DNA from: Octopus bimaculoides
Taxonomy: Eukaryota
Reading direction: 5' to 3'
Length of the DNA: 64,000 nucleotides
Assembly: GCF_001194135.2 (NCBI RefSeq)
Contig: NC_069007.1
Coordinates: 1-64,000 of the forward strand
Both the position numbers and the translations under genes were made by a program. Below, in pieces: positions 63,346 through 64,000 of the stretch. Position 1 is the stretch's first letter; every line of letters begins with the position of its first letter. A model generated the notes under the pieces. It searched no databases and was not told the origin of the DNA. It saw only the letters and a program-made list of their open reading frames with translations.

Positions 63346-63379
<34 letters not shown>

Positions 63380-63883
63380 AAGGAACGACCGTGCGAACTC
63401 ATAAAAGGGGCAATGGTGACGAATGGAAAAACAGAGAGAAGAATTATGGGATGATGGAATGAACTAAGAAGATAGAGAGTGTATCTACGTAGTTAGAGAG
63501 AAGCAATAGAGAAAGGGGAAAAAAGACGGTATGATGGAGAAGAGAGCGAGAGAGAGAAGTTATATATATATACATATTTGACAGGAATGGCAACAAAAGA
63601 AAGAAAGAGACCTCGATATTATGCAAATAGAGGAATTTATCTGTGAAAATATGTGACACTTATTCAGTAGCCATGATAAAACTTCGAGTTTCGGATGCCA
63701 GGGTGGGGGGGTCCACGTCAACATCTCTTCAGTTAAACATGAAACAGGGCAGAAACCATCTGCCAAAAGGAAAGGATTACGCANNNNNNNNNNNNNNNNN
63801 NNNNNNNNNNNNNNNNNNNNNNNNNNNNNNNNNNNNNNNNNNNNNNNNNNNNNNNNNNNNNNNNNNNNNNNNNNNNNNNNNNN

Positions 63884-63920
<37 letters not shown>

Positions 63921-64000
63921 CATACACACACATCTATAAATTTATATATATATATATATGATGTTCATATTTATGTACATGCATGTAATATGTGCACACA

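Overview
Eukaryotic, AT-rich, microsatellite- and transposon-dense genomic DNA with four assembly gaps. The HCDICGKSF-type C2H2 arrays, the ankyrin-RING gene and the SINE/LINE repertoire point to a cephalopod, probably Octopus (inference, no database search). Left 39 kb: a tandem cluster of four C2H2 zinc-finger genes with no recognisable effector domain. Three lie on the minus strand at ~10 kb spacing and one is divergent on the plus strand. The minus-strand genes each have a homologous upstream module: an NRF1-like TGCGCATGCG motif, a ~100-nt first exon ending CATG|GTAAAGTAA, and a homologous exon-2 acceptor (TTTCAG|AAC). Splicing these exons predicts a short junction-spanning uORF whose stop codon has been preserved by turnover. 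A fourth copy of the module at 443-556 serves a gene left of the window. Right part: an 8-exon, phase-consistent, minus-strand ankyrin-repeat + 2xRING (Mind-bomb-like) gene at 41451-56413, including a 37-nt micro-exon; its 5' end was not found. Intergenic and intronic DNA is filled with decayed mariner, maT/DD37D, hAT, RTE, CR1-like, R4/Dong-like, Penelope and Gypsy remnants, SINEs, and several fold-back/MITE elements. TE boundaries are approximate.
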